From Chiloscyllium plagiosum (lineage: Eukaryota): a stretch of 64,000 nt of DNA. The notes beneath the pieces were generated by a model, which saw only the letters and a program-made list of their open reading frames with translations, was not told where the DNA came from and made no database searches. A program made the translations under genes and the position numbers. Below, in pieces: positions 39,315-50,643 of this stretch. The DNA lies in NCBI RefSeq assembly GCF_004010195.1, contig NC_057720.1, forward strand, positions 32,255,747 through 32,319,746. Reading direction: 5' to 3'. How positions within the stretch are numbered: the stretch's first letter is position 1; each line of letters begins with the position of its first letter.

Positions 39315-40299
39315 CACAGTTAATCATAAGGACATCCTGCAGAAGAATTGAAACTCTACACCTTGATGTATCAGGAGTTGAGTATAAGAGATGGCATTAT
39401 TGTTCAGGGAGGCCAGATGGTTGTCTCACATCCAGAACAGAGGCCAATAATTGAAGAAGTGCACAGTAGTCAGCCAGGAATTTCTAAAATGAAAATGTCC
39501 ACAAGTAGGATTGTTTGGTGGCCTAGCATAGAGACAGATATTGAAAACTTGATCAAGTGGTGAAAAATTTGCTCGACAAACCAGAAGGTCCCTCCAGCAG
39601 TCTCATTGCACCATGGGAATGGGCAGGGAGAGCCTAGTGCAAGTACATGCAGATTTTGCAAGGCCACTTCTGGGCTATACAGTCTTAATTTTAATTGATG
39701 CGCATTCAAAATTGATCAATAGGCACCAAACACCCTCGACTACCTCTGACAACACTATAGTTAAACTCCACCAATCTTTTAATGCACATGGTTCATTATA
39801 ACAGACAGCAGGACCCCATTTACCAGCAGGAAGTTTCAAACCTTTAGGAAGACAAACGGGCTAAGGCAAATCCACACAGATCCCTACCATCTATCCGTAA
39901 ATGGTCTAGCTGAGTGGAGGGTCCAGGCATTCAAAAGTAGCATGAGAAAGCAAACTGCAGAGTCTTGGAAAACGAAGCTTGCATATTTCCTCTTCAACCA
40001 TAGAACAGCACCGCATATGATGACAGGAGTAGCCTGACAGAACTATTGATGGGCTGATACCTTCAGACTAGACTTAGCCTGACTTTCTCAAACATTCCTG
40101 AGAACCACAAGGACTTGGAGATGGAGCCAGAGGGAGTGGAAGCTCAGTCAGAGGTTGCTTCTGAGGATAAGCCCCCCACAGTGGCTCTTCAGTGGTCTTC
40201 ATAGAAGAGACGCTCACCTGTTTATTATATATCGCTCAACCAGACACAGAAAAAGTTCCAACCCAGAAAACAACAGGAATGGATCTGTGGGCAAAATGA

Positions 40300-40745
40300 C
40301 TTAAGACCATAAGACATAGGAGTGGAAGTAAGGCCATTTGGCCCATCAAGTCCACTCCGCCATTCACCATGGCTGATGGGCATTTCAACGCCACTTACCC
40401 GCACTCTCCCTGTATCCTTTAATTCCTTGCGAGATTAGGAATTTATCAATCTCTGCCTTGAAGACATTTAATGCCCCGGCCTCCACTGCGCTCCATGGCA
40501 ATGAATTCCATAGACCCACCACTCTCTGGTTGAAGAAATGTCTCCTCATTTCCGTTTTAAATTGACCCCTTCTAATTCTAAGGTTATGCCCACGGGTCCT
40601 ATTATCCCCGCCTGACAGAAACAAATTCCCGGCGTCCGCCCTTTCTAAGTCATGCATAATCTTGTAAGTTTCTATTTGATCTCCCCTCAACCTTCTAAAC
40701 TCTAATTAATACAACCCCAGGATCCTCAGCTGTTCATCGTATGTT
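40300..40745 (-). mobile_element. CR1 LINE 3' end
   Basis: ORF 40385-40690 RGDQIETYKI..RTRGHNL..FFNQRVVGLWNSLP. Confidence 0.9.
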
Positions 40746-40800
40746 TGAGGCCCCAAAATCACAGGAGTGAGGGGAACCCTTAGCCTCAGAGGCAGAAGGA

Positions 40801-41060
40801 TGTGATAATCCCTACTAAGCCCATGAGGAATCATTAAGTAAACTCCTTGTGGAGCTCATTGAGTATGAATTCCCTTGGGATGGCCCACCCAGCTAGAACT
40901 CATCACCTGAGTCCTTTATTAAGTCGACTCAGGGATGGCTCTGCAGAATTGTCTGTCCCAGGCTGGGACTAGTCTAAATATAAGCCACGAGTAATGGCTC
41001 TATTTTGGTGTTCAGTAACAAACCATGTTCCTTCCCAGTCAGGTTTCCTGAAATCTTACA
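40801..41060 (+). repeat. 3' LTR of the ancient Gypsy (TG...CA), preceded by a purine-rich tract
   Basis: agaggcagaagga|TGTGATAA...CTTACA; homology to 34940-35068. Confidence 0.7.
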
Positions 41061-41909
41061 GTTGTGAAGGGAATTAAACCTGCTTAAACATTTAACCTTT
41101 AATTTCTCAGCCAAAGAACCTGATTCTTTGTTACAATCACTGTGCTGAGTACATGAAGGAACAACCTGGGAATGATTTGATCAATGATACTGAAGAGCAC
41201 CATCATAGCTATTTCAACATAACTGTTCGAAGCACTATCCGCTGGTATTTCACATGGAGTCAGTAGCTTCACTAGAAAGTTGGAAGTCAAGGGCCTGCCA
41301 ACCTCCAACAGTCCTTGCATCCATATCTCTCTCTTTACATATTTAATCAGTTGCCTGAGGTAATGGCTTCCAATCTCCTGAGGCAGGATGTCCTAGCTCC
41401 AAGAGTAATAGAGGGCCAGCAGCTCATGCAGGGGACAATTTTCACCAGGGATGGCAGTTGCTGCTGATGACCTCCAGGAGTCACAGTGTACTCAATCAGG
41501 AGAGATTCCCTCCCCACCAACTCTACAGGAAGACCATTAGATTGGACTGTGCTATGGTTGGTAAAATTCCCCTCCCCCATTTGCTGGTAGAATCCCAAAA
41601 ACAACAGGAAAAATGGTCTTTAATTGGTCACGTAAGGACCTCAATTGGCTTAAGAGCAGACAGGCTGCTGACCATCTATGACCTCCGGGAAACTTTTTGG
41701 GAGGCACTTCTCTTGGTCAGCACTTCACTCACATTTAGTTGTTCGTCCTGCTGCCTTAGGTTTGGAAGCAACTCAGATAACACTACCTCCGTTGTACATG
41801 CAGCTAAGCATTGGGCTGCAGCTCACCATCTAGTAGGCTTGACATCGCCATCCTTATTAAGTGTAGGACTCTATATTATGTTATCTCTTGGAGGAACTGT
41901 GTGATATTC

Positions 41910-43290
41910 CTTTAAGGAAGGGGCTCAATGTGTGACATCTTTGAATTTTTTTGAGGAGGTAACCAGGATTGTTGATGAGGGAAATGTATTTGATATGGAT
42001 AACATGTACTTCAGTAAGTTCTTTGATCATGTTCCTCATGGTGGACTAGTCCAGAAAGTAAGAGCCCATGGAATCCAAGGCAAAGTGGCATGTTGGATTC
42101 AAAATTGTCTGAGAGGCAGGAAATAGAGGTTGGTGGTAGAGGGATGTTTCTGTGTTGAAAGTTTGTGTCCTGTGGAGTTCCACAGGCCTCAGTCCTGGAT
42201 CCTTGCTGTCTGTGATACACATTCATTGGTTGGACTTAAATGTGGAGGGTTTGACCAATGTTTAGCAAATGACATGAAAATTGGCAATGTGGTAAATAGT
42301 GAGGAGGATGGCTGTAAACTGCAGGAGGATATCAATGGACTGGTCAGGTGGGCAGACTGTGGGAAGTGGAATTCAAGTCAGAGAAGTGTAAGTTAATGCA
42401 CTTTAGGTAGGACTAATAAGGCAAGGGATTACACTATGACTGGTAGGACTGGAAAGTACTGAAGATAGGAGGGATCTTAGTGTACATATTCACAGATTAC
42501 TGAATGTAGCACAGAACAAATGGGATACTTGCCTTTATTAGCAAAGGAACAGAATACAGAGCAAAGGGGTTTATGCTGGAACTAAATAAAATACTGGTTA
42601 GGCCACACCTGAACGTTTGTTCGGGTCACCACATTACCGGAAGGGTGTGATTACACTAGGCAGCATGTGGGCGACACGGTGGCACAGTGGTTAGCACTGC
42701 TGCCTCACAGCGCCTGAGACCCGGGTTCAATTCCCGCCTCAGGCGACTGACTGTGTGGAGTTTGCACGTTCTCCCCGTGTCTGCGTGGGTTTCCTCCGGG
42801 TGCTCCGGTTTCCTCCCACATTCCAAAGATGTGCAGGTCAGGTGAATTGGCTATGCTAAATTGCCCGTAGCGTTAGGTAAGGGGTAAATGTAGGGGTATG
42901 GGTGGGTTGCGCTTCGGCGGGTCGGTGTGGACTTGTTGGGCCGAAGGGCCTGTTTCCACACTGTAATCTAATCTAATCTAAAAGGAGATTCACCACCTGG
43001 GCTGCAATGTCTGAACTATGAGGAAAGATTCAATGAGCTGGGATTGTTTATCTTGGACCAGCAAAGGTTGAGAGAGGATAACCTGATAGAGATTAATAAG
43101 GTTATGAGAGACATAGGGTGGATAGGAAGGTTTTTTTTTCCATTAATAAATGGGTCAATAACCAGGGGGAATTAAAATTAAAATAAGAGATAGAAGGCTA
43201 AGCGGAGATTTAAGAAGAAATGTTTTCACTCAAAGGGTCATGGGAGTCTATAACTCATTGTCTGAAAGGGTGGTTGAGTCTGATAGTCTC
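41910..43290 (+). mobile_element. Old CR1 RT/C-terminal remnant interrupted by an HE1 SINE
   Basis: ORF 41932-42126 FFEEVT..FDHVPHGGLVQKV..HGIQG. Confidence 0.85.
42669..42980 (+). mobile_element. HE1-type V-SINE (tRNA head, V domain, LINE-derived tail), full length
   Basis: A box GGTGGCACAGTGG, B box GGTTCAATTCC, V-domain GTGGAGTTTGCACGTTCTCCCCGTGTCTGCGTGGGTTTCCTCCGGG, (TAATC)n tail. Confidence 0.93.
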
Positions 43291-44368
43291 CTGACATACC
43301 ATAACAGTATGTCCAGATCCAATGTCCCTCAACCTCTAACTCACAAGGTGTCCATACAACGTACCAACACTGGAAGAATTACATGCTAAATTTTCCAGAT
43401 GCTGTTTGGATGATACTGTTTGCGATAGTGACAATTTCAGATATTCATAAATCAAGACCTATTCCAAAAGCACATGGAAAGGAGTTTTGACAATGTGCTT
43501 GACTGAATTTACATAGCTGATGATATCACAGCCATGGCTTGGATAAAGGCATGACCACAACCTTCATCTACTGATGGCAGCAGTGCAACATCATGGGTTA
43601 CTGTTTATCAGCATGAAGTGCCAGGTCAACATCAGCCAGATAAACTTCTTGGGGGCTCATTTATTCTACCCATGGAGTTCATCCCAATTCAAGTAAGAGT
43701 GAAGATGTTAAACAAGTACCCATCCCACGCATATGGAGGATCTACAATGTTGCCTCAGAATTTTCAACTCACCATATAATGCCAAGTTCCTGGGGAAGGT
43801 ATCTCCAATGAGAGGTTTGCTCAAGAAGGACGTCCCCTTTGTGTGACAAGGCAATCATCAATAAGTCTTTGATTCTTTCAAGCGAGTTCTGTCAGCAAAT
43901 TTTTAACTGCTGCAACGCTACCCAAGGAAGGACATAATTCTGGAAGAAGGTGCATTGCACGAAAAGGTTTGGGGATCTTTCTTTTGCAGATTAAAAACAA
44001 AACTATTACTTTTGGTTCAAATGCCTGTTGACTGTGCAAGCCACTCTCAAGGTGGTCCTGTTACACTTTGGCCACAGCCAGTGAGAACTATTGCTACTAC
44101 TGAAGTAGAGCAATGAGAGTTGTAAAAGCATTATTCAAGAGTGGTCTTACTATGTTAAGACATTCTTAAGAACACTTGCTTATTTTGGCCATGCAGAAGT
44201 TAACTTGGGATGCAACAGCAAGTCATGATCAATGTGAAGTCCTAATATCAAGAGCACTATACCAGGATATTGTGACTATATTACAGCAAGAGTATTTTGG
44301 GTATTTGTCCACAAGAAGGCAAGCATGTGAGTCTGTATACAGGCTAGGGATTAATCAGTCTATCCAAT

Positions 44369-44868
44369 NNNNNNNNNNNNNNNNNNNNNNNNNNNNNNNN
44401 NNNNNNNNNNNNNNNNNNNNNNNNNNNNNNNNNNNNNNNNNNNNNNNNNNNNNNNNNNNNNNNNNNNNNNNNNNNNNNNNNNNNNNNNNNNNNNNNNNNN
44501 NNNNNNNNNNNNNNNNNNNNNNNNNNNNNNNNNNNNNNNNNNNNNNNNNNNNNNNNNNNNNNNNNNNNNNNNNNNNNNNNNNNNNNNNNNNNNNNNNNNN
44601 NNNNNNNNNNNNNNNNNNNNNNNNNNNNNNNNNNNNNNNNNNNNNNNNNNNNNNNNNNNNNNNNNNNNNNNNNNNNNNNNNNNNNNNNNNNNNNNNNNNN
44701 NNNNNNNNNNNNNNNNNNNNNNNNNNNNNNNNNNNNNNNNNNNNNNNNNNNNNNNNNNNNNNNNNNNNNNNNNNNNNNNNNNNNNNNNNNNNNNNNNNNN
44801 NNNNNNNNNNNNNNNNNNNNNNNNNNNNNNNNNNNNNNNNNNNNNNNNNNNNNNNNNNNNNNNNNNNN
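44369..44868. other. Assembly gap
   Basis: N run. Confidence 1.
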
Positions 44869-45263
44869 GAGGCTGAGGGGTGACCTTACAGAGGTTTACA
44901 ACATTATGAGGGGCTTGGATAGGATAAATAGACAAAGTCTTTCCCCTGGGATCGGGGAGTCCAGAACTAGAGGGCTAGGTTTAGGGTGAGAGGGGAAAGA
45001 TATAAAGAGACCTAAGGGGCAACTTTTTCACGAAGAGGGTGGTACATGTATGGAATGAGCTGCCAGAGGATGGGGTGGAAGCTGGTACAATTGCAACATT
45101 TAAGAGGCATTTGGATGGGTATATGAATAGGAAGGTTTGGAGGGATATGGGCCGGGTGCTGGCTGGTGGGACTAGATTGGGTTGGGATATCTGGTCGGCA
45201 TGGACAGGTTGGACCGAAGGGTCTGTTTCCATGCTGTACATCTCTATGACTCTATGACTCTAT
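44869..45263 (+). mobile_element. CR1/HER1-like LINE 3' end
   Basis: VWNELPE..FKRHLDGYMN; ctctatgactctatgactcta tail. Confidence 0.92.
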
Positions 45264-45857
45264 ATGAAAAATCACCCCAGGCCAAATGAAGTTATTCCTG
45301 ATCATGGGGTGCGATATTACAAACGAACAGAAGCCAGCTCAGAGCAACATATGATGCACGAAACATGCACACAGAGAATGAAGAAGGAAACTCTGATGAT
45401 GATGGTGCAATGATGTTAAGTGACAGGAACCAACAGCAAGACAACCAAATTGTCAGCCAAGAGGAGCTGAGAATAAAACATCTCTGTCCCGATGGGTGTA
45501 CAATCACCAGATCATGATGAGCTGTCAAGTCTCCAAAACAATCTACCAAAATTTAAATGATTAATCTCATTAACTCTGTCTTTACATGACTATCTGATTG
45601 TTGATTGAAACAAGTGCTTACATTAAACAATGTCTATCTGTTTGGGATTTGCTTCCTTTGGAAAAAGGGAAATGTTGTGTTATGCCTCAGCAGATGTGCA
45701 ATATACCTTTAAGGGACATGCTTAAGATGTCATCACTATATCATGCATATGACCTAATGATACAAAGTTTGCAGCCTCCATCTTACTGAGCTTTGCTGTC
45801 TTGTAGCTTGATATGTTGAGGGTGGGGTGCTGTAGTATATGTGAATTGCTTAGCTTA

Positions 45858-46125
45858 GGCCATAAGGCCATAAGACATAGCAGTAGAAATAAATCATTTG
45901 GCACATTGAGTTTGTTATGTCATTCCACGAGATGTGGGTAATCTGATAATCCTAAACTCCCCCTTTCCTGATTTATCCCCCTAATTTTTGATTCAACTAC
46001 TGATTAAAAATCTATCTTAGCTTTGAATATATTTATTGACCCAGCCTCAATAGACTTCTGCATTAAAGAATTCCACAACTTCACTAACCACTGAGCGAAA
46101 ACAAATCCTTTGCATCTCTATATTC
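45858..46125 (-). mobile_element. Old CR1 3' tail
   Basis: ggccataaggccataagacatag tail like 7280 and 40300. Confidence 0.7.
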
Positions 46126-47516
46126 ATGATGGGAGATCTGGAAAATTAAAGGGAAAGGACAAGGCAATATTTCAGGCTAGCATTCAGATAATGATAATGG
46201 AGTGTGACAAAAAGGTGAGAGTGAACAGGTATATATATGTCAAAATTGGGAAAAAGTATAATAAGACAGAATGTATGCAGGGATTCATAAAAACATAAAT
46301 GAATTGATCGCACAAATGGGAATAAGTAAGTATAATATGTTTGCCATTATAGAGAAACGAATGCAAAGTGACTTTAGCTGTGTACTGAATATTCAAGGGT
46401 ACCTGGCATTTAGGAAATAGGAAGAAAGGAAAAGGAGGTGAATTAGCGCTGTTAATCAAGGATAAATCAGTATAGTAGTAACAAAATTACTCGGTTTGGG
46501 CGGAGCTAAGAAATAGCAACAGAAAGAAGACATTGACGGAAGCATTTTATCAGCACCTGACAGTAACTACATTGTAGAATAGTGGTTAAGATAAGAAATA
46601 ATGGAGGCTTATAAGAAAGACACTTCAAAATTCAAGGAAAGTTTTATTTTTCATTTTAGTTGCACAACCAAATTGGCAAAAAATAACCAGAAGGATGAAT
46701 TCATAAGGTATATTAGGGACAGTTTCTTAGAACAATGCATTCTGGAACCATCCAGGGCACAGACTGTTTTAGACCAGGCAATGCATGATGAGCCTGTAAT
46801 GAGTGACCAAGAACTTCATAGTAAGGGATCCTGTAGCTGACATTGATCATGACATGATTGAATTTTATACTTCATTTGAAAGTGAGTAGTATGGGTTTGA
46901 AACTAGTGAATGAAACTTAATGTATTACAAGAGGATTTGGAAGAAGAATTAGCTAAAGAGGATTGGGAAAATTGTTTAAAAGATAGTTTGAAAGAGAAAC
47001 AAGACAGATATTTAAGGGGCTATTTCGTAACGCCCATTAGATATATTTCCACTGAGAAAGTAACACTGTGTAAGAAGAGCATATTTTCTAAAGCCAACTA
47101 AGGACATGATGGATAGAATTAGGATCCCCACTGTTATTATTACTATATACATCAGATATCGGAATGAAATATTCTTGGACTTATTAAAAAATGTAATAGG
47201 TCAGTCTTTCACTGAAACATATTTACACAAGGCTACAAATTTTAGCAATGAAATAGAAGTTTATTATCCAAAGGAAGTAAACAATAAAATAAAACAAAAC
47301 CAATATATCTGAATACAACGCAATTTAAAAGATTTCAAAACACGTCAAAACTAAATCCATCCCCTCCAAAATATTATCACTTCATAGTAACTTAAAAACC
47401 AAAGAAATTTCTCTTTGCTAACAAATCTGTAGATTTGAATTAACTGCTTCTTCTCAGTTCCAATCTCGAGAGCTGTGAAGCCTTTACCTTGAATAATCAT
47501 ACCAATGAGAGCTTAG

Positions 47517-48486
47517 TGTTATGAAGTTGTGGGCGTACCTTTAAAAGTAGCAGAACTTCCAGACAGCACCAAGTGTTCTCAATAAGGTAACAATGTAACA
47601 CTCTGTCGAGCAACTTGATTAGCTTGTTGCCTGGAGACAAAAACAAATTCGAATTCGGCCAATCAGTTTAAGTTCTCAAAGATCCATCTCACCCTGGCAA
47701 TGCTTTTCGACAATGCCTACCGTGGGGGTGAAGGTACAGAAGCCTGAATACATGCACCAGCCGGTTCCATAAGCATTTCCACCCTACTGTTTTTAGAATA
47801 CTGAATTGACTCACAAACTCTGAGAATTCACCTGTACCTGTATTTTTGTTTTTGCCGCTGTTACCAATTATTTATTTATCTATGCTACTTAACTATGTGA
47901 TCTGCCTGTACTGCTCGCCTTGGTACATGTGACAATTGAATTCAATTCAAATTATACCCTGAAAGAAATACCAATTTCCAGTCAAGTTTGAAATGAGTAC
48001 ATTGACAATCTTAAAAGCCGATGTTCTCTGGTATAAGACCAGGGGAAAATTGAACATTTGAGAGGTGAACTGCCAAGTCCTAGCATGTTGACCACTTGAA
48101 AAGAAAATCTCTCTTAAAAGTTTCTTTTCAATCAGTAACCTGTGATGCAGAAATCCCTAACAAGGAGAAAAGTAGACACAGGAAGATCTGAAGACAAGAA
48201 GCTTCAGCTGCCTGGTTTTAAACTAAGGAATGTTGCTTTGTAAATCTTAATTGGGAATTTTATTGGATTACTATTACAGAAGGGAAGGTAAAAGATAGGT
48301 GAGAGAAAGAAATTGTAAATAGTAGTTAGTTAATTATTCTCTGTTATACTTTAAGAAATAAGGTTGTTAATTTTTACTTTACATAGTTCTTGGCCACTTG
48401 AATTTTTACAGATTACCGCAGTGAATAAACCTTTTCTGTGTTGCTGGTTTTAAATTAAGCAGGAGAATTTACCCTATGCCATAACA
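47517..48486 (+). repeat. 5' LTR of the Gmr1-like element (TGTTA...TAACA), containing a Rex1 insertion
   Basis: Terminal TG/CA; followed by the PBS; aligns over its full length with the reverse complement of 54071-54784. Confidence 0.9.
47672..47950 (+). mobile_element. Rex1/Babar LINE 3' end
   Basis: KDPSHPGNAF..LPWG*RYRSLNTCTSRFH..FHPTVFRILN (Rex1 C-terminal DPSHP...RYR motif); tacatgtgacaat..(ttcaa)n tail; absent from the other LTR copy. Confidence 0.85.
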
Positions 48487-48489
48487 GAT

Positions 48490-48507
48490 TGGGGGCTTGT
48501 CCGGGAT
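48490..48507 (+). promoter_or_regulatory. Primer-binding site complementary to tRNA-Pro
   Basis: TGGGGGCTTGTCCGGGAT, one mismatch from the canonical tRNA-Pro PBS TGGGGGCTCGTCCGGGAT, 3 nt after the LTR. Confidence 0.88.
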
Positions 48508-48591
48508 TTGAACTGGTTTGGACAGATTTGAATAGGTTTGGGGGTACGAAAAATCCAAGCAGATTTAAACACTTGCAGGTTAGTGCCCTAC

Positions 48592-48869
48592 ATTAGATTA
48601 GATTACATTACAGTGTGGAAACAGGCCCTTCGGCCCAACAAGTCCACACTGCCCCGCCAAAGCGTAACCCACCCATACCCCTACATTTACCCCTTACCTA
48701 ACACTACGGGCAATTTAGCATGGCCAATTCACCTGACCTGCACATCTTTGGACTGTGGGAGGAAACCGGAGCACCCGGAGGAAACCCACGCAGACACGGG
48801 GAGAACATGCAAACTCCACACAGTCAGTCGCCTGAGGCGGGAATTGAACTGTGCCACCATGCCGCCCAC
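48592..48869 (-). mobile_element. HE1-type V-SINE (head partly deleted) in the Gmr1 leader
   Basis: Reverse complement of 42669-42980. Confidence 0.92.
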
Positions 48870-50373
48870 TTGAAATAAAATGCAGATGAGACAATTTGTT
48901 TAATTTTGGTGACTTGTGGTTGATTAAATTAAAAGTGAGAGAAATAGCTCTTAAAATTGCAAAAGAAGTTCTGGGATTTGAAGATGATTCTCAAATTTTC
49001 CAAGAACATTTAGAAGGAAAGAAAAAGGCCATACTTTTAGAATTAGCAAATAAGTTAGATTTGGGGTTAACCAAGGACAAAAGTAAAGCTGAAATGGTAA
49101 AGGGGTTACTCAAAGTCTTAGGTGTGTCATAGAAACAGACAAGTGCAGTAGAGGTAGAAAAACTTAAATTACAATTGAGGAAAATGGAGTTAGAAGATAA
49201 ACAAAGGGAGAGACAAAGGGAAAGAAGGGGGGGAGAAATGGCAAGAGGGGGGGGGAAAAGAAAGAGAGAAGGTTCTTGACTGAGCAAAGAGAGAGAGAAG
49301 AAAGGGAGAGAGAAAGAGAGAGAAAAGTTGAATTTAAGAAGTTGCGACTTAGTCAGCAAAGTCAAGTTAACAGGATGGAGATTAAAAGAGAAGGTAGTGA
49401 TATATACAAATATGTCAGAATTCTGCCACATTTTGATGAGAAAGATGTTGAAACCATCTTTATTACATTTGAAACATTGGCTAGGCAGATGGAGTGGTCC
49501 AAGGATTTATGGGTAATGCTAGTTCAGACTAAATTGGTGGGCAGAGCTAGTGAGGTATTTGCCGCATTGTCAGATGAGGTGTCAAGAGATTATAAAGAGG
49601 TTAAACTGGCTATTTTAAGTGCTTATGAATTGGTACCAGAAGCATATAGACAGCGGTTCAGAAACATAAAAGGAGGAACCAGGTCAGACTTAAGTTGAGT
49701 TCGAAAGAATTAAACATAGTCACTTTGATCGATGGATGCATGCTTTGAAAATAGATAGGACATTTGAGGCTCTAACAGAGATTATTTCTGCTGGAGGAAT
49801 TTAAAAACTCACTTCCAGAGATGAGGATTCATGAGGAGGAACAGAAAGTTCATGAAGTGAGAAGGGCAGCAGAATTAGCAGATGAGTACAAGCTGGTGCA
49901 TAAGACAAGATCCTGGCCAGAATTTCATCCTGCGAGGGATAGAAGTTGGGAGAAGGGGAGATCCTACACTGCTAAACCAAGAGTTGAGTGCACTGGTAAT
50001 ATTTTACCGCAGGTTAAAGAAGCCTAAGAGGTGGACAGGAGGTGAAAAGTTTCAGGTGTTTTCACTGGAATGGAGTGGGACACAGATAATTACAGTGCCG
50101 GTGGTTTCAGAAGGGTACTGGGAAAAGGCGTTTTCACTGCCAGAAGGTGGGACACGTAAAGGTGCTGTGGGAAAAGATGTGGTAGAAGAAGCTGAGCCAG
50201 TGGCATTAGTGAAGGTAGTAAAGGAGACCCCAAGAAGAGCCGAGGAGCTGCAGGAGAGTGCACAGCCTAGACAGAGGCTGGGTATGGAGTTAGTACCTCT
50301 GTGGGTAATGTTTACTCAGAAAAAAACAGGGGGAAAAGGACAAAAAGCTATAGTTTTGAGAGATACAGGATCT

Positions 50374-50643
50374 CAGGCAGCATCCAGGGAACAGGAGAAT
50401 CGACGTTTCGGGCATAAGCCCTTCTTCAGGAATGGGGAAAGTTTGTCCAGCAGGCTAAGATAAAAGGTAGGGAGCCTACCTTTTATCTTAGCCTGCTGGA
50501 CAAACTTTCCCCATTCCTGAAGAAGGGCTTATGCCCGAAACGTCGATTCTCCTGTTCCCTAGATGCTGCCTGACCTGCTGCGCTTTTCCAGCAACACATT
50601 TCCAGCTCTGATCTCCAGCATCTGCAGACCTCACTTTCTCCTC
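50374..50643 (+). mobile_element. Penelope-like fold-back insertion with a 15-bp target duplication
   Basis: Arms 50373-50471 and 50475-50573; AGAGATACAGGATCT at 50359-50373 and 50644-50658. Confidence 0.92.
50513..50548 (+). ncRNA. Minimal hammerhead ribozyme motif (mirror copy on the minus strand at 50398-50433)
   Basis: attc-CTGAAGA-a-GGGC ttat GCCC-GAAA-CGTC-gatt. Confidence 0.75.

Larger units (their letters stand above)
34940..41060 (+). mobile_element. Ancient Ty3/Gypsy LTR retrotransposon (gag-PR-RT-RH-IN), heavily decayed, with four later insertions
   Basis: gag start MPLFGKLECFD..DW at 35150; PNLLGGDWL (protease end); FSKLDMSQAYLQ; VTDHKPLL..ANVDGLSHLP; GISKMK..VWWP; VHADFARP..IDAHSK; partial 5' LTR 34940-35068 aligns with 3' LTR 40801-41060. 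Confidence 0.85.
43310..45550 (+). mobile_element. Very decayed Ty3/Gypsy pol remnant (RT-RH-IN), broken by a gap and a CR1 end
   Basis: PTLEELHAKFS; YIADDI; HDHNLHLL; INFLG; LLKKDVPF; after the gap, NRSQLR and TRS..AVKSPK-like integrase tail. Confidence 0.65.

Noticed and set aside
41429..41575. Weak inverted ends GGGGACAATTTTCACC / GGTAAAATTCCCC and ORF 41458-41904
   Set aside because: Too degenerate to define an element; the ORF has no recognisable homology
42669..42740. Possible tRNA gene
   Set aside because: tRNA-like head continuous with a V-domain and LINE tail, so it is a SINE
44176..44935. ORFs of 235 and 191 aa
   Set aside because: Artefacts of the N gap
50373..50573. pre-miRNA or terminator hairpin
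   Set aside because: Explained by a fold-back retroelement insertion with a TSD
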